Source of the DNA: Histomonas meleagridis 2922-C6/04-290x
Lineage: Eukaryota; Protista; Parabasalia
NCBI GenBank assembly: GCA_020184695.1
Contig: JAANOX010000037.1
Coordinates: 1 to 64,000, forward strand
DNA: 64,000 nucleotides
Direction of reading: 5' to 3'
The notes beneath the pieces are model-generated. The model saw only the letters and a list, made by a program, of their open reading frames with translations, had not been told where the DNA came from and did not search any database. Both the position numbers and the translations under genes were made by a program. Numbering within the stretch: position 1 is the first letter of the stretch; every line of letters starts with the position of its first letter. Positions 1 through 10,667 of this stretch are shown piece after piece.

Positions 1-2812
1 CATCCATACGGTCTAAAGTCTATAGCACTTGTTGTTAATATTTGTGTAATACTCACGCTCCAACCTGAATGTAATGATTCAGAGAAATCTTTAATTAATC
101 GTTCGACACATTCAAGTATTATCCCTTTAATGTCCATAGAGTTTTGTGCAAGATAAATATCAAAGAACGAACGTAAAAAGTTCTCTTGGAAATGATATGA
201 TTCTATTTCAGGTTTTGCGATGAATTTACATGTGATTTGCCATATGACATTAACAGTCGTTTTAGCTAATGGTAAATTCTCTGATGAACCTGTTTGGATT
301 AAATAATCGCCAATTGTCGACCATATTTCATTCCATATAAACTTAGGCCGATCCATATTAAAGTATAACACGTCAAGTAACTTTAATAACATATACATTC
401 GTGGCGGATCTTCTTTAATTTCATGTGATGATGCAGTACAGATAGCTATAACAAAATCTTTAATCGATTCGCGATCTAATGTCGATGAACCTGTAAATAA
501 TATATCAGGAATTTCAAAACATTTTAATTTGTCTATTGCAGATATTTCATTCATTAAAATAGTCCATGAAGTACGTAGAAATTCGCGATTTATAGTCGCA
601 ACTTTAATTAATGAACTTATACATTGAATATTTTTAGGTTTAAATTGTTCAAATGAATATGTCCGTAACTTTGTGAATTTAGTGAATGAATTTATTAACA
701 TTTCTAATATGTCTTGATAATAACAATGTGCTGCAATGTTAGTTAAACTTGAAAGTCCATTTAAACAAACTTTAATAACATTTTCGTTATCAAATGAATC
801 AAATGAAATCGTGAAAATAGCAAATAAATAACTCCAAATCGTTTGAAACATTGGAGAAATGATATTTGATGAAATAATTCGTTGAAATGTAATTTGATCT
901 GTTCCTTGATTATGTTTTTTTGCATTTGATAATATTTGCGTACATTTTTGTTGATATAATTCTGCTCTTTGTTGTACTGTTAATAATGAAGGATCTGAAT
1001 CTTGTGTTGTTAAATAAATTCGTTTCGATGTAATCCCATTATATAATGATGTTAATAATTCTCGAGGCAAATCGGAATTATTATTAATCCCTTTATTATT
1101 ATTAATGAACTCTTCTAATGTCATTCGATTTTTTAGATGTGGATGATGTGCATCTGTATGTAACATTAATGCAGAAAATGCTAATACATATACTACATCT
1201 GCTGTAGTGAATAATGATGGATTATCATCATAATATTTGGCACCAAATTGTTCCATAATTCGATCAATCATTTTGCGCTTCGCCTGGAATTCGAAACTTA
1301 GATAAAAACTCACGAAACGCAACTTCAAATGGTTTGTTTCGAAAATCAAAACATGAAACATATTCCTTTTAAGATTTCCGAGTTGCCATTTGTTCCAATT
1401 ATTTCCCCAACTGATGTAGGATCAAGTTGTGGCGTATTAAACAAAAACTTCGCAATGTTTTTCTCTTCAACAAATTTATTATCAATGAAAAATTGTAATC
1501 CTTTTTTAGGTGACCTTTTAAATAAATCAATTCCTTGTAAAAATTTATCTTTTTGAAGTTTAGCTTTGATTAAGTTTTCTGTTGATACTTCGGAATCTTT
1601 AACGTTATAATATTTATATAAATATTTCCATAATGAGTTAATAATTGATTGTAATGATATTAATGCCGAATAATGTAATACAATATCATCAGGATATGCA
1701 TGTTTCGCTATACCTTTAATGATGTTTTCAAATACTGATAAATATTTACCTGATGAATCACAATCATAATTAACAAATAAATCAATGTATAATTGAGGTT
1801 GCGTTGAAATCAGTTTGAATACTTTACACGAGTTTTTGATTTGTGTTTGGTTCGGCGAAGAAAGAGATATAAGTAATCCGTTTTGGAATATCTCATAAAA
1901 TCCTTGTTGATAAATGAATATAAATCGCTTATATATTATTAAAAGGATTTGCGCAAATTGTTCTACTAATATGTTAGATAAATTTAATGAGATTGATATC
2001 ATTATTAAATGAATATTTTCATTTAATAATTTCTTAAAAATCGTTGATTCGAAAATTGGACTTTTAGATTCTAATATTGTGATTAATATATAACAAATTA
2101 TTGATATTGTCTTGGGATTTAATTTGCTGCTTTCATATAGATTTGTTATGGTATTAATGAGCCAAACAATATCAACATCAAAAAGTGTTTCGTGATTATT
2201 TGTGTTTGGAAATGTTTCATGAATCAATAACGCATTTTGTGTAACATAATGTGTGATGAAATTGGCCATCTTAGGACCTTGGAATAGTGGTAAAACTACT
2301 TCTTTTTGTAAATCTGTAATGACTTTCTTGAAAATTGTTTGAATTGTATCTTTACAAACTTCTTCGGTAGGTGTACCAATTGACGCATCAAATAAAATTA
2401 GGAGGAATTTGATAACTTCAGAAAGTGGTGAACCATGAATATAATAATATCCTGATGGAGAATTAAAAATGCATGTCAAAACTTGACATGTATCAATGTA
2501 TTCATCTGTTTGCGTAATGTCTTTAATATTAAGAATAACTTTAAGTGCTTTAATGGTTAATTTAAGAGAAGGAAAAATATAAGAATTTGAAAATAAATCT
2601 TTAAAAAAATCAAGAATGACTTTGCGGAATTTATGTGAATTTGTAGTGTGAGCTATAAAAAATGGCTCAGAAATGGTTTCTAATTTAACAAATTTTTGAT
2701 CAGAAATACTTTTTGAAGTTGACTTAATGGACTCTGTTACGTTGCCATTTCCCCACCAACCGCATAAGCTATGTAATGCGTTAAGATGAGAAATTGCATC
2801 TTTTTTAATCAT
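1..2812 (-). CDS. Sec7-domain ARF guanine-nucleotide exchange factor (BIG/GBF type); runs off the window start; two apparent +1 frameshifts
   Basis: ORF 1346..2857 (first ATG 2812) ends at the start of the Sec7 domain (KKGLQFFIDNKF...LDPTSVGEIIG). Sec7 motifs continue in other frames: FDFRNKPFEVAFREFLSKFRIPGEAQ, then IDRIMEQFG...YVLAFSALMLHTDAH...LYNGI, open to base 1. Frame breaks sit in T4 runs at 1367-1370 and 1271-1274. Confidence 0.85.
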
Positions 2813-3157
2813 ATGTTTTGTATTTGGATAACAGGTTATCCCATAGGGGTGCCCCAATAAGCTGCAAAATTGTTTGCAAACGACGGTTAACGATCAATGC
2901 ATGTTTCAGGCAGAATTCGATATTCTTAACAAAATATAATTATCCTTTAATCAAAAAACCATTCATTCCTAACCAAATTTTTATTTGAAGGCAAAAGTAT
3001 TGTTAATTCCAAAAAAACTTTCCATAAAGTTTTTTTCCCAAATTGTATCATTTCATACTCCAAAGTAAGTAATCACTTCAAGAACACATTTATAAGGATA
3101 CCACAAGAATTCCAAATGAAAAAAAAAGTTTAGTTTCAACTTTTCTTTAGACTAACT

Positions 3158-4531
3158 TCAGACCATACCAGTATTTAATGCTCCATCCTTTGTGTACAAC
3201 ACTGCTGTGTTCAGGGAGCCATCGCTCTTCCTCCTCAACAAGTAAATGATAATTCCGACAACAACAATAACCACAACAAGAGCAATATTCAAACCAATGA
3301 TAAGGTAAACATTTGTATCCTTATCTTCGACTACAACTGTTTCGCTACATTCTTCAATAATTTCGCCTTTAGCAACTTGAAGTTGGCCGAATTCGTTTTG
3401 TTTGTAGCCAGACGGCGTCATGACTTTAGTTGCGAGTGCTCCATCAAATGCGTTTGATGCGATAACAGGTTCGGTCAAACCATTGAAATAAATGCATTGT
3501 AAATTTGATGTGTATGAAAATGCTAACACGCCAATGCTTGTCACGTTTTCCCCAATGACTAAGTTAGAAAGGCCAAAGCATGCCATGAATGAATAGTCTC
3601 CAATGGTTAATAATGAGTTTGGTAACGTTAAATTGTATAATGAGAAACAGCAACGAAATGCATTATGTCCAATGCGTTCAAGTGAGTCTCCCATATTTAC
3701 TTCACTAAGTGAGAAGCAGTTATAAAAGACACCATCACCAATGGATTTAACAGAGTTTGGAAGGGTAATGTTGGAAAGTTTGTTGCATGTACGAAATGCT
3801 TCATCTCCGATGGTTTGCACTTTTCCACCAATGGTGACAACTTCAAGATTGCAGCAGGAATAGAAGGTGGATGGATCAATGGTTGTGACGGAATCTGGGA
3901 TTTCAATTTTGGTTAATTTCCAACATTGATAAAATGCTGAACTTCCAATGGTAGTAATGCCAGTACCAAAGGTTACGCGAAGGAGGTCTGTGCATGATTG
4001 GAAAGCAGAATTTCCAAGTGAGGTTAATGAATTTGGTAAGCTAATTTGACTTAATTTGATGCAATTGGCAAATGCAAAGTTTCCAATTGTTTTAACACCA
4101 TCACCAAGAGTGACTGTCTTAAGTTGGTTGCAATATTGGAAGGCATTATTTTCAATTGTCTTAACTGTACTTGGTAAGACAATATCTGCAAGTTTAATGC
4201 AATAGAGAAATGCAAAGGCTCCAATAGTTTCAACACCATTACCAATGACAACACTTGTTAAAACAGGACAATTTGAAAATGAGTATTTTCCAATTGTTTT
4301 AACTGATCCAGCAATGTTGACAGTAGCCAACACACTCCATCCTTTAAATGTTGATACACCTGTATCAGTTATACCTTGTTGAATGTAAAGATGTTCAGTT
4401 CGGTCTTTATATTGTTGGAAAGTTCCTTCTTCAAACTCTTTTTGTGTTAGAAGGAGTGTATGATTCTCCTCGATGAATTCTTGCAATGTGAACACCGAAA
4501 AGAGACCCACCAATAAGGCAAAACTCACCAT
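3158..4531 (-). CDS. BspA-like (TpLRR) leucine-rich-repeat surface protein with signal peptide and C-terminal TM helix
   Basis: About twelve 23-aa repeats of the form xxIPxSVxxIGxxAFxxCxxL; hydrophobic N-terminus; TM segment VYLIIGLNIALVVVIVVVGIIIYLL followed by RRK. Confidence 0.93.
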   Translation of the reverse strand: MVSFALLVGLFSVFTLQEFIEENHTLLLTQKEFEEGTFQQYKDRTEHLYIQQGITDTGVSTFKGWSVLATVNIAGSVKTIGKYSFSNCPVLTSVVIGNGVETIGAFAFLYCIKLADIVLPSTVKTIENNAFQYCNQLKTVTLGDGVKTIGNFAFANCIKLSQISLPNSLTSLGNSAFQSCTDLLRVTFGTGITTIGSSAFYQCWKLTKIEIPDSVTTIDPSTFYSCCNLEVVTIGGKVQTIGDEAFRTCNKLSNITLPNSVKSIGDGVFYNCFSLSEVNMGDSLERIGHNAFRCCFSLYNLTLPNSLLTIGDYSFMACFGLSNLVIGENVTSIGVLAFSYTSNLQCIYFNGLTEPVIASNAFDGALATKVMTPSGYKQNEFGQLQVAKGEIIEECSETVVVEDKDTNVYLIIGLNIALVVVIVVVGIIIYLLRRKSDGSLNTAVLYTKDGALNTGMV

Positions 4532-4700
4532 TGTTCTGTACGATTAAAAGCGACACAATATTTCACATGATCTTCAGAATTTTAAAATATCGGTTCAAAT
4601 CACAACGATACGTCAAAACGATGGCAACCACCGCATCATTTTAACATCAAACCCTAACAAGAAAATAATAAAAAAAAAAGAATAATCTAATGTCAAGTAT

Positions 4701-6290
4701 TTAGCGTCCCTTTTGTTTAGGTGCAGGCTTGCATTTGACAATTTCATCAACCCTAAGAATTTGCTCCGCAGCTTCAGATGCTGAAATTACTATTTGTCTT
4801 TTAACTTTGAAGCTTTCTGTGATACCAAGTTTCTCAACATCAGCTACACCTCTTCCATTAATATCAAGGCCATAAGTAGTCTTACCTTGAGCATGAGCAG
4901 CTCTAATATTAGCAACAACTTCTGGTGCATCTAAACCAGCATTTTGAGCAAGAATCATTGGGATTTGTCTTAAAGCCCTAGCAAATCCATCCATAGCAAG
5001 TGAAACTTTTCCTGGTGTCTTCTTAGCTTCAGCTTCAACAGCATCAGCCATTAATACTTCGCTACAACCTGCTCCTAATACAGTTCTCTTTTCACTCATC
5101 ATTGAAGCAATTACACATAACGCATCATGCATAGAACGATCAGCTTCATCAAGCATTTGAACAGTAGCGCCTCTAAGTACAATTGTACATGTTGCAGGAT
5201 CTTTACAGCCGGAGAACTTAAGAAGTTTATCTTCGCCAATCATAATTGTTTCGACACAATCACAATGTCCAAGTTTAACACTTTCTGGTGTGTCGAATGT
5301 TGAAACAATATCACCACCAGTAACTAATGCAAGACGTTCAACACCTGCGAAATCTGCATGTTCAACAGAATTGATTCCATGAGATGTGAAATATTCTTCG
5401 GGAAGATTATAGATTAATTGACGATTAACAAATACATTTGGATGATGTGCTGCGATTTTTTCGCATTTGATGATCATCTTTTTACGTTCGGCTGATTCGA
5501 TCTTTGCGAGTTGTTCGGGTGAATCAGTTTCGATTTTAGCGCCTTCGATTTTGATACGATCAGTATCCATTGGTGTATTTGCGATAAGAATATTAGCATT
5601 TTCGACTTTTTGTGGTTGGCCAACACCAAAGCTGCACTTAAGAATTAAGCCATCGACGAGTTCACTTTCATGAAGTGCGCCACCTTGAATCTTAACAATG
5701 GATATTGCATCAAGTCGAGTTGGATCTTTAAGTCTTTCAACGGCTTTGACTGCAATCTCTGCGAATTGATCACGTTCCATTGCTAAAACTTTAGAGTTAA
5801 GAGTTGTGGCAGCAACCTTAACAAGATCTTCTCTGAATTTGACTGGATCGGATTCGTTTGTCTTTGCGGACTTTTCAAGTGCTTCGACAGCAATCTTCGC
5901 TGCTGCTCTCCAGCCTTGAATAATGGTTTGTGGATGAATGCCTTTATCGACAAGACCTTCAGCTTCATGAAGAAGTTGGCCTGCTAATACAGCAACGGAT
6001 GTTGTTCCATCACCGACCTCTTTATCTTGAGCTTGAGATAACTCGACAATTAAATGTGCGGCTGGGTTATCGACAACAATGGATTTAAGAATGGTGGCAC
6101 CATCGTTTGTGACATTGATTGCTTCTTGATGTGAAAGTGATTGGAGAATTTTATCCATTCCTTTGGGACCAAGTGTGGTTTTAACAAGGTCTGAAATAGC
6201 CATGGCACCAACAAATGCTGACATACGGGCAATTTCACCACGTTCTTCATCGGCTTGGGAATCTAGAAGCTTCACGCCTGCTGTTTTCAT
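4701..6290 (-). CDS. CCT2: T-complex protein 1 subunit beta (CCT-beta chaperonin)
   Basis: EERGEIARMSAFVGAMAISDLVKTTLGPKGMDKIL, NDGATILK, EVGDGTTSV, ASEAAEQILRVDEIVKCKP. Confidence 0.96.
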   Translation of the reverse strand: MKTAGVKLLDSQADEERGEIARMSAFVGAMAISDLVKTTLGPKGMDKILQSLSHQEAINVTNDGATILKSIVVDNPAAHLIVELSQAQDKEVGDGTTSVAVLAGQLLHEAEGLVDKGIHPQTIIQGWRAAAKIAVEALEKSAKTNESDPVKFREDLVKVAATTLNSKVLAMERDQFAEIAVKAVERLKDPTRLDAISIVKIQGGALHESELVDGLILKCSFGVGQPQKVENANILIANTPMDTDRIKIEGAKIETDSPEQLAKIESAERKKMIIKCEKIAAHHPNVFVNRQLIYNLPEEYFTSHGINSVEHADFAGVERLALVTGGDIVSTFDTPESVKLGHCDCVETIMIGEDKLLKFSGCKDPATCTIVLRGATVQMLDEADRSMHDALCVIASMMSEKRTVLGAGCSEVLMADAVEAEAKKTPGKVSLAMDGFARALRQIPMILAQNAGLDAPEVVANIRAAHAQGKTTYGLDINGRGVADVEKLGITESFKVKRQIVISASEAAEQILRVDEIVKCKPAPKQKGR

Positions 6291-6897
6291 TTAAGTGGTC
6301 ACACTAGACATAACGTTCTCCAAGTAAACATTCCTGTTACCAATTCCTTTTGTTGCCAACAGACCCCAATAATTGATTTATTACTCATTAAAACAAATGA
6401 CTTACATTCAATTGTCGCTTATGTTTTGGGTTTAGTCGCATTTGTTGGCTGATTTCAACTTCAAATACAAATTTTATGAAATTTTAACCAAAAAACTTAA
6501 ATGAACAGTTACTGTTGTTGCAGGTAATTATAAGTAATAAGTATTTCATTTCTCATTTGTAAATTTCCAATATGATTAAAATCATAAAATTCATGACCTT
6601 TTGACAATTGCTCCCCGCACTCATGGTGTGCGTATTCGTAACCACATCAAACTTGACATTTCTACAAATTTAAAAAAGTCATTGATTTTTACTCAATACA
6701 CAAAAAATACACACTGGAATAATTGATACCAAACAAAATCATACGCAGATTGAACATGGTTCCTTGTTCAGTTTTTGTTATCATCTAAAAGCCACAGGCA
6801 TTTGACCGTTAGCAAAAAGTTATGATAAGTTATCGATTGCTCTCAATTTTGATACAACCGATAAACTTTTCACAAAAATAACTTTTCTCCGATATAA

Positions 6898-6913
6898 AAC
6901 GATAGTTATCGTT
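6898..6913. promoter_or_regulatory. Inverted pair of Myb-recognition-element-like sites upstream of the Myb gene
   Basis: AACGATA-gt-TATCGTT about 45 nt upstream of ATG 6957; resembles the T. vaginalis MRE-1 (ANAACGATA) and MRE-2f (TATCGT) elements. Confidence 0.45.
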
Positions 6914-6956
6914 CCCAGAAAACCACGGTTGTTTTTGATTTGTTTTCAAAAAACAA

Positions 6957-7520
6957 ATGAACCAAAATGTGAATATTGTGAGTTTAAATCCACAAATCAT
7001 TAGTTGGATACAAAGCGTTCAAAGCGTAAAACCTCCTTTGATGCCAATTAAAAAACAACCAATTTCGCGAAGAAAATTTACAAAAGAAGAAGATGAAAAA
7101 TTAAAAAATTTGGTGTCTACTTTTGGTGATTGTGACTGGAAAAATGTAGCTTCACACATGGAAAATCGAAGTTCAAGACAATGCCGTGAAAGATGGAAAC
7201 ATTACTTATCACCAGATGTTTCAAATGAACCATGGACTGAATCAGAAGATAAATTGCTCTGTGAGAAGTATAACGAATTTGGACCACGGTGGTCTCGAAT
7301 TGCTAAATATTTTCCAAACAGAACTGATATTACCATAAAAAATAGATGGGTTGGGCTAAATGGAAAAGCTATAAGAGCAAGTAAAAAGCTAGCACTACAG
7401 CAACGCCAAAAACAGTTTGTTGAACAAATTCCATTTCAACTACCATTAGAAGCTCAAGCACATGTAATTAAAACTCCAGATCCACAAAAAGAAGTGGAAA
7501 ATGTGCAAACCACTGCCTAA
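6957..7520 (+). CDS. R2R3 Myb-like DNA-binding protein
   Basis: RRKFTKEEDEKLKNLV...WKNVASHMENRSSRQCRERWKHYLSP...WTESEDKLL...GPRWSRIAKYFPNRTDITIKNRW. Confidence 0.95.
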   Translation: MNQNVNIVSLNPQIISWIQSVQSVKPPLMPIKKQPISRRKFTKEEDEKLKNLVSTFGDCDWKNVASHMENRSSRQCRERWKHYLSPDVSNEPWTESEDKLLCEKYNEFGPRWSRIAKYFPNRTDITIKNRWVGLNGKAIRASKKLALQQRQKQFVEQIPFQLPLEAQAHVIKTPDPQKEVENVQTTA

Positions 7521-7938
7521 AAAAAAGGCTTTAGCGAGATATGTATTATGTAACACCTAAAACATCGCCTCCAAGTTTTTTTTAATAATTCCAAATTTTG
7601 ATAATTAAGATCTAAATACAAACGCTGCTGTGTTTTCACGTTAACAATAGTATAATGCCTTCTGTAAAAAGTTTTGATGTGTTGATTTAAACTTTGTGAA
7701 TATTGAAGATTTTAATTGAATACTTTTATATATAGTAATTTAAAGCTGTGTTATTTCATTTTGCATTTCCATTAGCAACATTACAAGCTAACATTAAGAG
7801 CTAAAACTTTCTTATAAAAAACTTTGGGCCAAATGAAGTTGGAGTGCCCCATAACGGTTTTACCGCCAAATTTTACGGAGAGAAACTGTTGGAGAACGTT
7901 TACATTCAAAATCTACTTCACTCGGGAAGTAGCAACAA

Positions 7939-9306
7939 ATGGAAATAAAAGCGGTGGAGTTAGGACAAAACCAACCCAGTACAGACCCCAAAAATGGACG
8001 AACAAAATTTGTTGTCAAGGTACTTCAAACTCTTATGAAAAGTCAAAGCTGTCCACAAGATATTTCAAAAATTGGAATTTGTTGGTTTCCTGATGGAGTT
8101 TATTTCCTTTGCAATGCAAAAATACTTGCAGAATACTTGCTTCTTAAGCCTAACTCAATTAATACAAACTTCCGAGAACATGGATTTGCAATTGTTGATT
8201 GCCCTATTGACGAAATCATTTCCACGTTTGGTGCACTTCCCGACGTCAAGAACTGGAAAAAGCGGTGGAATCCCAAGGGACAATTCAATCGGAATACTAC
8301 CATTAAAGAAGCCGAATCAATCAAATGTGTTGAACGAAAGAACATGGAGTTACTTACCACCACTTTACGTAACCCTTGTGCTCCCATATCACCACCCAAA
8401 GTCATTCCCGCCAATTCCCATCTTTCTTTAATTCCAAGTAATTTAGCCATAATTCTTCGTAGTGAACCTGATACACTTCTTTCTGCCGCCGTGATTGTCA
8501 AGAACTGTGATGCAGATCCCATTTGGAAGCAAAACATTCTTACAGAAGTAACTCAAATATGGCGCAACACATTTGGCACTGTTAATCGTATTTCCCCCGA
8601 GATGATGACCAAGTTCATTCTCCAGCCCTTTTCAGACCAAACCACAGACATAGTCACGCAACTTTCCTCCAATATCGAGTACTTATTAATCAGTCGGACC
8701 GACCTCAGTCAACAATTTGAATCTGTTGGCTTTGATGACTTCTTATTGTTCATGATCCGCTATGGCTCCATGCGTAACATCCGCAATAACTTATTAGAAA
8801 TTTCTAGTTTTGATTCGACATCAATTTTTGACCTTTCGTGTACGTTCTCATTTCCATCGCAGCACGAAGTGCATCCACGATTCCAGCCATGGTTTCATCC
8901 ATTGCTTACGCTGTCGAGCGGCGAGTCGCTTCTCAAGAACCAGACAAAGAACGCATGGGTTGTTCGCCCGTCGTCGATACCGAACTTGTTCACTGTCCAC
9001 TGCAAAATATGTTCCGTTTCCGGAAGTAAATTAATTGCGTCGCACATTAAATACGACGCAATATCGCAGGACGAGGCGCGAAAGTTCTCAATAATAAACA
9101 CAAACAGAGAGAAGAGATACGCCGCGTCGTGGAATGAGATACTGTTCGACGTGCTGCACCTGAAGATGGAGGACGCGCTGCTGGAGGTGAGGGCGTGCGC
9201 AAGGAAGGAGACAATGCACGTGGACCCGCAGGTGGTGATAAGCAACAACGAGCACCAGACAAACGAAAGGAACGAAGCATACCAAATGTTCCAGCTGAGC
9301 ATGTGA
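7939..9306 (+). CDS. Initiator-binding-domain (IBD) protein with C-terminal SH2-like region
   Basis: N-terminal KFVVKVLQTL...IGICWFPDGVYFLCNAKILAEYLLLKPNSINTNFREHGF matches the trichomonad IBD pattern; C-terminal PWFHP...GESLLKNQTKNAWVVRPSS. Confidence 0.75.
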   Translation: MEIKAVELGQNQPSTDPKNGRTKFVVKVLQTLMKSQSCPQDISKIGICWFPDGVYFLCNAKILAEYLLLKPNSINTNFREHGFAIVDCPIDEIISTFGALPDVKNWKKRWNPKGQFNRNTTIKEAESIKCVERKNMELLTTTLRNPCAPISPPKVIPANSHLSLIPSNLAIILRSEPDTLLSAAVIVKNCDADPIWKQNILTEVTQIWRNTFGTVNRISPEMMTKFILQPFSDQTTDIVTQLSSNIEYLLISRTDLSQQFESVGFDDFLLFMIRYGSMRNIRNNLLEISSFDSTSIFDLSCTFSFPSQHEVHPRFQPWFHPLLTLSSGESLLKNQTKNAWVVRPSSIPNLFTVHCKICSVSGSKLIASHIKYDAISQDEARKFSIINTNREKRYAASWNEILFDVLHLKMEDALLEVRACARKETMHVDPQVVISNNEHQTNERNEAYQMFQLSM

Positions 9307-9348
9307 ATGAATAAAAACTGTAAATAGAAACCGAATGTGTGAAAAGAA

Positions 9349-9727
9349 ATTAATGTAATAAATATGAAGTGAGTGAACAATGTGTTGAATATATAATGTA
9401 ATTTATGTAATGATAATGAATATGAATATTAAGTGAGTGAACAATGTGTTGAATATGTAATGTAATTTATGTAATGATAATGAATATTAAGTGATTGAAC
9501 AATGTGTTGAATATATAATGTAATTTATGTAATGATAATGAATATGAATATTAAGTGAGTGAACAATGTGTTGAATATGTAATGTAATTTATGTAATGAT
9601 AATGAATATTAAGTGATTGAACAATGTGTTGAATATATAATGTAATTTATGTAATGATAATGAATATTAAGTGATTGAACAATGTGTTGAATATATAATG
9701 TAATTTATGTAATGATAATGAATATGA
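9349..9727. repeat. Tandem array of six 58/64-bp AT-rich units
   Basis: GAACAATGTGTTGAAT recurs at 9375, 9439, 9497, 9561, 9619 and 9677 (spacings 64, 58, 64, 58, 58). Confidence 0.95.
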
Positions 9728-10667
9728 AGTTAGTCATCTTTTTTATAACATTCTTTGTAAAAATTTCGTACAAAAATTTAATTATTTCGCTATCGTTTTT
9801 ATGAATTTCTTTTTATTTGATTTCAATTTTCTTCAGCATTTCAAAATAAACTTTAGGTTTTTTTTCGTTGTGAATAAAAAGATGAATAAATTAATTTACT
9901 TATTATAATATCAAATGAAATAGGAAAATAAGTAATGAGAAAATCAACTTGTTCAATAAATGGTTTTTGAACATCTTCTTCACTTAATTCAAAAATCATT
10001 TGTTTAAGGATAAGTAATGTCTTTAAATTATCGATTTTGATATTGACATTTACATTGGATCTTGAATTACTATTTCCCATTTAACGAATTACCATCAAAA
10101 CCGCTTTCAAACTCGAAAATTTCGGGAAACATATGACTATCAAAAATTTGTTTTCTATTTTGCACCATTTTTTATTTTATTTGTGAACATTTGCTTAATT
10201 TAGATTTGAGTTAGAATGTGTATTATTAAAGCAAATCAATTTTATCATTCAATATTAATTATTTTTATTAGAAACAGTGCAAAAAATCCAGTAATAAATA
10301 TACACCAGAACCTACTTATTATGAAAATAATAACATCGTTGGTGATATAGTCATGGTTTGGATAGATGATTTAATCAAATATTTTCAAGCAACTCATTAG
10401 AAAAATTTCCAAAATTAATAAATAAATTTCAAATATGAAAAACTTGTATTATTTCCAATATTTAAAGTTGAAATACACCGAGAAATAAATAAGTAACTTT
10501 GAGCATTAATGTCTTTAAGCTCCAATTTAATGATAACTTTGTTTTTTCACTCAGTTGAACACAAAATTATTAACAAAATTTCACATATTTCACCTTAAAT
10601 GGGAAATGATGTGTTGAGAAAAGAACAATTTTCATTTCAAAATTATTTTTATTATTATAATTCACAT

